DNA of 64,000 nucleotides from the human T2T-CHM13v2.0 reference genome, Homo sapiens. The notes beneath the pieces were generated by a model, which was not told the DNA's origin, made no database searches, and saw nothing but the letters and a program-made list of their open reading frames with translations. Positions 57,028-64,000 of this stretch are shown in pieces. The translations under genes and the position numbers were made by a program. The number at the start of each line of letters is the position of its first letter. The first letter of the stretch is position 1. Location: NCBI RefSeq assembly GCF_009914755.1, contig NC_060929.1; one strand, 5' to 3'.

Positions 57028-57321
57028 TTTTTTTTTTTTGAGACAGAGTTTTGCTCTTGTTGACCAGGCTGGAGTGCAGTGGTGTGATCTTGGCTCACGG
57101 CAACCTCCGCCTCCCGGATTCAACTGATTCTCCTGCCTCAGCCTCCTGAGTAGTTGGAATTACAGGCATGCGCCACCATGCCTGGCTAACGTTGTATTTT
57201 TAGTAGAGACAGGGTTTCTCCATGTTGGTCAGGCTGGTCTTGAACTCCTGACCTCAGGTGATCTGCCTGCCTTGGCCTCCCAAAGTGCTGGGATTACAGG
57301 TGTGAGCCACCACGCCCCGCC
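57028..57321 (-). mobile_element. AluSp/Sq-like, full length
   Basis: Antisense GAGTTTTGCTCTTGTTG and TTTCTCCATGTTGGTCAGG diagnostics; TSD ATTTAT(C/T)TTATACT. Confidence 0.95.
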
Positions 57322-58946
57322 AATTTATTTTATACTCTATCCCTCATACGTTCATGAAAATCTAAATGATAAGAAACGTGATCTAGACTGACTTCAACCT
57401 TGTATTAGCTATATCTCCTTGGCCATTTTTGAGGTATTTCACTCATTTGGGAAATGGGTTATATCTACTTACATGATTTTTAAACTATAAAATAATTGCT
57501 ATACTAGGGAATACTCGTGTGAAGGAAGAGAACTACAAGAAAATATATCATCCCAAAAGAGTGAGGTTTAAGAGCAAAACAAAAGATACAGAAATAAATT
57601 TTCGTTAATGGTGAGAATAAACTAAAATCCAAAAGTTCTTCCCATTTTTGGTATGCTATTCCTACCAGTTATTTAAGAAAATATTTCAAGGCATATTTTT
57701 GTCTTGACCATACTATTCACTCAAACGTTAATACTGAAATATGTATTTTATCTGTACAAAAGGAGATCTGTGGTGAATGGGGAAATTACTGAAAGTAATG
57801 TGGGGGTCATATCCTTAAAAATATGAAAAATATGATTGAATCACACTGGTTGACTTTTTTCTGCAAAAGGGTTAAAATTTACACCACCGTTGGAGATCTG
57901 TGTAAGAGCATGTGGGTTAAACACACTGAATCTCCATCCCAAACACAGTAAGGCAGCTACAAGTCAAACATAATGACAGTGCTGATTAATTAGATACTCC
58001 TACCCCCCAGCACTTCAGAGTGATTTATGGAGACACATCTCTAGTCTGATCCATTGTGCTGACTGGATTAATGGAGTGAGCTAGAAAAATTCACTGGCAA
58101 CAGTATCTGGCAGCCCAGCAAAACATTAACCCTTGGAGTTTTCTTATCTAGCCTATTGACAGAATATTAATTATGACAAAACATACACATTTCACCTAAT
58201 TATCTTTTGATAGCTTTGTTTATATTTGATATATAAATATAGCTGTATGTGTTGTGTTGAATATTTAGATATATTGAAATTCCTTGCATTAGAAAGAAAT
58301 TGCACATAAACATTTAAGAACAGAGTTAAACAGTGTATCCATTATGGAAAGGAAGCTTAGTGAGCATGTAGTTTTCCTCTTTACTATATGCGTAGAGACA
58401 TAGATTTCTTACAGAATGAAGAGAAGATAAGAATTGTTTTGCAAACAAAAACTATTCCCATTGCATTAAGAAATTATTAATGTGTAGGCTGCCTAGTGGA
58501 AGTGAATTCTGAAATAAAGAGTGATTCTGCTTGGGGGAGAAACACCATTTGATATATAAGCAATTAAATTAGAAATATTCTGGTGTGCCTAATCAGAAGT
58601 GAGGATATTAGCACATAAATTGCTTCTGGTGTATATAAATGAAGTATCATATATTATCTGAATCTCAAAATTAAAAAGCTTCATAGAGCTATTTCAGTAC
58701 AGTATTTAAAGCTATGTAAAATTAAAATTGAGCCTTTCCTAAAGTATCGAGAACAATTATAAGATATATCATATAACTTCAGCTTTAATTATTTTTGTGG
58801 TATTTGATCCATCCCAGTCACATTTTCTAGATGTGTTATGTTAAACACATGGAAACACAGCTTGTAAGTAGACATGGTTTAAAGGGCTCTGGGAAAAATA
58901 TGTCTTTCAATTAGGAGCAAAAGATAGAACCAAGTAATAAACTCTT

Positions 58947-59109
58947 TTTTATTCTTTTTCAACTTTTATTTTAGTTTCATTGGGTACATGTGCTAGAGTG
59001 TTACATGGGTAAATTGCGTGTCGCTGGGGTTGGGTGTACCAATGATTTTGCCACCCAGGTAGTGAGCATAGTACTTGATAAGTAGATTTTCGACCCTCAT
59101 CCTCCAACT
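58947..59109 (-). mobile_element. Very short LINE-1 3' end (L1PA16/17-like)
   Basis: CAACTTTTATTTTAG...GGGTACATGTGC...GTTACATGGGTAAATTGCGTGTCGCTGGGG; TSD ACCA(A/G)GT(A/G)ATAAA(C/T)TCTT at 58929-58946 and 59110-59127. Confidence 0.9.
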
Positions 59110-59595
59110 ACCAGGTGATAAATTCTTAATCAAGTAACTCTACCATACATTGAGACCAAATTTTAAAAAGATTGAAATATTTGTAAAAACTATTTTTAAT
59201 AGCATAGTAAGTTTTAAGTAGTATAAAAACTTACTATACAGTAACAGTGTAGAAAGGATAATTCCTTTCTATAAGGACAGTTGCAAACATTTGGATAATC
59301 TAAAGAAGACTCTTTACCTCTCTGATGACTCAAGGTTCACATTGAGAGGGATTAAATTGTTTGTTGTGGATTTTATTCATTCTAATGATGGTGCAAAAGA
59401 AAGGAAATGTAAAACTAACCAAGTCTAAGTTCATAAATTTGTATTTCTCAATCCCACAGCAAATGGAAATTTGATATCAGGCTTTAATGTCCATAGATAT
59501 ACCATGCCTCATGAAACCAATATGTCAGATCAAAGCTGCTGTTTTACATTTGCCAGGTTGGAGCATCTGATGGTTCTGCAAGGGAAGCCCTATGT

Positions 59596-59811
59596 CAGTG
59601 GTTCTCAACTGGGATAATTTTTGTTTCACAAGGGCACATTTTTCAATGTTCATTGACATAGTTATTTGTCCAAAGGAGGAATGTACTACTGGTTGCTAGT
59701 GAGTAGAGGCCAGGGATGTTGATAAACATCCTACAATCTATAAGGCAGCACTCCCACAACGGAATTAATTATGCAGCCTAAAATGTCAATAATGCAGGTG
59801 GAGAAGCCCTG
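59596..59811 (+). mobile_element. MER20 hAT-Charlie DNA transposon
   Basis: CAGTGGTTCTCAAC...GTAGAGGCCAGGGATGTTGATAAACATCCTACAAT...AAAATGTCAATAATGC...GAGAAGCCCTG; 8-bp TSD CCCTATGT/TCCTAGGT. Confidence 0.9.
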
Positions 59812-60105
59812 TCCTAGGTAGAATACACTTAAATCATTTTATCTAAATTTTTCAAAAAAACTTGTTAATGTTGAAAATCATCTCTAAAAATAAAAATTAA
59901 GACTTGCTGATGAGTTGTCACAAAAAGCAGTAGTGCCTACTTAGGAATTCAAGAGTACCCTGAAAACTAGAAAAGCGAGCATACATCGTCACTAACACAG
60001 CCTCAAGATACTAAGAGACACTGAAAATGAATAGAGAATCATCAAATAAATTTATTAATTAATATGCAGAACTTTTGAATTTGAGTATTTAGACTTCTAA
60101 GACCA

Positions 60106-60458
60106 TGTATTAGTCCATTTTTACGCTGCTGATAAAGACATACCCGAGACTGGGAGGAAAAAAATTTAATTGGACTTACAGTTCCACATGGCTGAGGAGG
60201 CCTCAGAATAATGACAGGAGATGAAAGGCACTTCTTACGTGGCGGCAACAAGAGAAAATGAGGAAGATGCAAAAGTGGAAACCCCTGATAAAACCATCAG
60301 ATCTTGTGAGACTTATTCATGACCACGACAACAGTATGGGCGAAACCACCCCCCTGATTCAAATTGTCTCCCACTAGGTCCCTCCCACAACACATGAGAA
60401 TTATGAGAGTACAATTTAAGATGAGATTTTGGTGGGGAAACAGAGACAAACCATATCA
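60106..60458 (-). mobile_element. THE1 solo LTR (THE1A-like, MaLR)
   Basis: TGTATTAGTCCATTTTTACGCTGCTGATAAAGACATACCCGAGACTGGG...CAAACCATATCA; 5-bp TSD GACCA/GATCA. Confidence 0.95.
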
Positions 60459-60462
60459 GATC

Positions 60463-60526
60463 ATATATGCGTGTGTGTGTATATATGTGTGTGTGTGTGT
60501 GTGTAAATATATATATATATATATAT
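60463..60526. repeat. Compound (TG)n(TA)n microsatellite
   Basis: Visible dinucleotide runs. Confidence 0.93.
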
Positions 60527-62169
60527 AGACCATATTAAGTACCAGAAAAAATTTATGTCATTCAATAATGCTGAGACTATGAATGGTACTTGAAAAAGAA
60601 ATTCATAAGCCTTTTCATGCAAAGGATTATAAAAAGTCACATGTTAAAGGGGGTAAATATCTTTATTGAATACATGACTAAAGTCAAAATCGTGTGCATG
60701 AGGCAAAAAGTTTCCATCATATTTTCTAATTAGCTAACATACTTTCAAGCCCAATTTCTTATCTCTTATATAATTCATAGCCTCTATTTAGCAGAAAATA
60801 AACTCCAAAGAGAATGGCTTCTCCTTCTAATCATTACAGACAACCAAATTGAGAAGTTTATATGGCTTCTAACTTCAAGTCTTTCCATTTCAACATTTAA
60901 GTTTTATTATTGTAGCGTTTGCAAATGGCTCCTCAGTTGAGAAGACTGTTTCATGTTTCAAATCTTTCAAAATTTTTTGAGTTCAAATCTAGTCCCAATC
61001 TAGTCAAATCAAATTAAGTTAAATCTAGCCTTTCTCAGCAATTCCAGCTCACAAACATCTTTTCTACTCAGAACTCAGAGAATTTAAAATTTTCACTATT
61101 CATTCTGGCACTTAATAGTATACTGCCTCACTTTTTTTTCTTGACTAATTCAAATTTATTTAATTTTGTATCTTCCTAGTTAGATTACAAACCTCAGGAG
61201 GAAGAGACCATATCATAAATATCTGTTCTAAGGATAAATGCTTAGTAAATGTTGGAAGAATAAAGGAAAAGAGATAAGGACAAAAAAAGGGAGCAAGAGA
61301 GACAAGAAGAACAAAAGGAAGAAAAGAGGTCGAGGAAAGGAAGGAGGGATGAAAGGAGGGAGATAGAGATGGAGAAAAAGTCCTTTATGTCTTCCTTCTC
61401 ATGTTTTTCAGAAGTAAAATGTTTTCCTAATGATTATTTAAATGAAAAGTGTTTCAATTGGCTCTAATCCTTCTCAGAGATTCTGAAATTCACCAAACTT
61501 TGACCTTGATTCCCTATGTTTAGATGTTTAGATATTATAACGTTTGGGGATTCTTTGAGTTTTCACATTAAAGATCAATAATATTCAGCTCCAAATTAAG
61601 AGTGTAAACCCAGCTTCTAGGGAAGAAGGTTGAAATGTAGGAGAGGTTAATTTGAAAAACATAAGAAATTGTTAACATCATTGCATATTTAGAAAAAAAC
61701 TTCATAAAATACAATAAAGTGAAGCATCCACAATTACAGTATGCTTCTTAAATCAGATGTGAGCAAATTATTTCACATTCTAGACCCTTAAATGTCTTCC
61801 TATTTCCTGGAAAATGAATTCCAATTCTTAAATTGCACAAGCGATCCTTTCTTCCTCTTTTTAGTCCCTAATTTAAATGCTGGCTTGAACCAAGCCAAAC
61901 TTGCTTCACTTTTCAAATGCTTCAAACTGTCTCTTTCTTGTTTTTGCACATGCCCTTTAATCTCAACCCATTTCCTAAGCCTCTTGGCCTCCAACAAGCA
62001 TATAAAGCATGCACACAAATACACATGCATTTGTTATCTGTTTCCTACTTCACATTCAAACTCAGGTGTCACTTCCTGCAAGAACTTTTCCAAGGAGCAT
62101 CCAGGCATCCAAGTGAGGGCCACCTCTCTTTTTTCCTCTCCATACCTGTACTTCTTCCTCTCTGCTGAT

Positions 62170-62330
62170 GGCACACTGAAATGAGATGTGTGCATCCCTG
62201 GAACAGAAGCTCTGTTAAGATCTTTTTGCTCTCTGTTTTCCTCATATTCCTAGTAGCTAATACTGAGTCAGGCATATGATGTTTTCAATAAATATTTGTT
62301 CAACTGAATTAAAATGAACTGAATTGAATC
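62170..62330 (+). mobile_element. L2 3' end
   Basis: ATATTCCTAGTAGCTAATACTGAGTCAGGCATATGATGTTTTCAATAAATATTTGTT. Confidence 0.65.
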
Positions 62331-62839
62331 AGATTAAATAAACTTAAATACACGATTGGAGCTATAGAGATTTTTATTTTGATAAAAAGGAGAGTTGGCG
62401 TTTTTTCTGGTGAAGAGGGGGTGTGGTTTCTAAAGGTTGATAAATACCTGAGCTCAAATCTTTCTAACTTCTCAATACCTTTCCTCTGTAAAGGAATTCA
62501 TTTTCTGGTTTTGCCTTGATCTTTTTACTTATAAGAGTTAGCTTAAGACAGATGGCCAAACAGCCTATGGTCACTCAGGGTTTTTACGCCTGCTGTTTCA
62601 TAACTGACCTTCTTTCAATCTTAAGGATATTTTCTGCTTTTAAATGGCAATCTTTCTATAGAAAGATAATCTATAATTTGTTCCGTACCTTACAGGACAT
62701 TTTCCTGTTCACAACATCCTTTTCTCAGAATGTTTCTCTTCATTTATGAAGAGAAGTTTTTCTTTTCCTTTCTAAACACTGAATTAATAAACATTAGTAG
62801 AAACTTTGAAAGATAAAGAAATGTAATTAAATAATGATT

Positions 62840-63125
62840 ACACATAATTCCAATATCCAGAGATGACCACTGATAACATTTTGTTTCAATTTGCTTTCTA
62901 TTTATTTTCTATGCATATATTTTTACACAGTTAAGGTCATACTGGGCAAATAAATTATATTCTGCATCTAAAAAATAATTTTCTGTCATAAGCATTGCTC
63001 CATGCCACTATGCCATTATCTTTGTACACATAATTTTAAATGACTACATAATGTTATTATATGAGTATATCACAATTTACTTCCTAGTTTCCTTATTAGT
63101 GGCCATTTAGATTTCTCTGTGCTTT
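62840..63125 (-). mobile_element. L1ME-type 3' fragment
   Basis: CCAGAGATGACCACTGATAACATTTTG...TTTTAAATGACTACATAAT...CACAATTTACTT...GGCCATTTAGATT. Confidence 0.65.
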
Positions 63126-64000
63126 TACAGTTGCTTCTGCTTTCAGGAAACAGAGGCTGCAGAACCCCATATGCCATTGTGCTAGGATGGGTTTCTTTCT
63201 TCCTTCCTTGTTCATATGACTTGTGATACAGCAGTTGCTTCAATTCAATGACACTATTTAGGGAACCGTCCTAGAAGTGCATGAATAACATAATTGGGAA
63301 TTTGGGGGAAGAACTATGTCTTCTTCTGCCTTATACATTGCTGATAAATACAATTATGATTCAGGAAATGATACTGAGTCACTTAATTGTTTAAAGGGCT
63401 TCTCAGATTCAGTGAAATAGTAAGCCTAAAATTGCAGGCAGGCGAAGATGTTGTTGTAGCTCATTATTTTTAAGGGAGTAGGAGGCTTTCTGCACTGCTT
63501 GCCTGAGAATCGATCATTCCAGAAGCATAAAAGATAAAAAGACTGCATAGCAGTAACTTGGTATGGCAGTAATACCAATAACAATATTAAACTGAATAGG
63601 TCTCAGTATTCCAAAGGTGTGCAGACATTGAGCCAGGTTTTCCCACAACCTGGTGAATTATAGGAAAATCCATTAAAGTGTATATGCAATGAACTTTTTT
63701 AAATGGACATATTCTTGGCAAAAATGTCAGTAACATGTCTGTTAAGAAAAGTCATTTATGCCAACAATGTGCTTCTAGTATTGATGAGAAAGAAGACGCC
63801 AAATAACTGGATTAAATGGCTTTTGCAGTTTGTCCTTTCAGGATGGGGTGAAAAGAAACCCAAATGCTCAAAATGTTCAATTATAGTGTTTTGATGATGA
63901 AACACCCTTCCTCAGTCCTGGGTACTATATTCCCATTAAAAGATGAGGTGCATAATTTCCATATTAAGGACACTTTAATCATGATTTTCTGTTTTTGAGA

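Noticed and set aside
61792-62184. 130-aa ORF in unique sequence
   Set aside because: No recognisable domain, composition typical of non-coding DNA and no convincing exon structure.

Overview
AT-rich, non-coding primate genomic DNA, most likely human (it carries an Alu with all five AluYa5 diagnostic changes). I find no intact protein-coding gene: the ORF track is explained by decayed LINE-1 ORF1/ORF2, Alu, MER52 and microsatellite read-through, or by chance ORFs. The left half (~3.5-32 kb) is a stack of LINE-1 copies of several ages, nearly all on the + strand, with nested Alus and a MER52-type solo LTR. The right half (~32-64 kb) is almost L1-free. It holds ancient L2/MIR/MER20/THE1 relics and unique segments rich in homeodomain/TALE motifs that look like candidate enhancers. 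I cannot support a new biological system here, but the window holds many well-bounded retrotransposition and repair scars. These are an L1 3' transduction of a MaLR LTR polyadenylated at the LTR's own signal, an ancient U6/L1 chimera, a probable processed retrocopy carrying an exonised Alu, a 49-bp templated insertion copied from 2.4 kb away, a solo LTR with a 28-bp flanking duplication, a monomeric AluY with a perfect TSD, a twin-primed L1, an inverted Alu pair sharing private variants, and two fold-back/template-switch loci. Subfamily names come from remembered consensus diagnostics, not from a search. Boundaries of old repeats are approximate.
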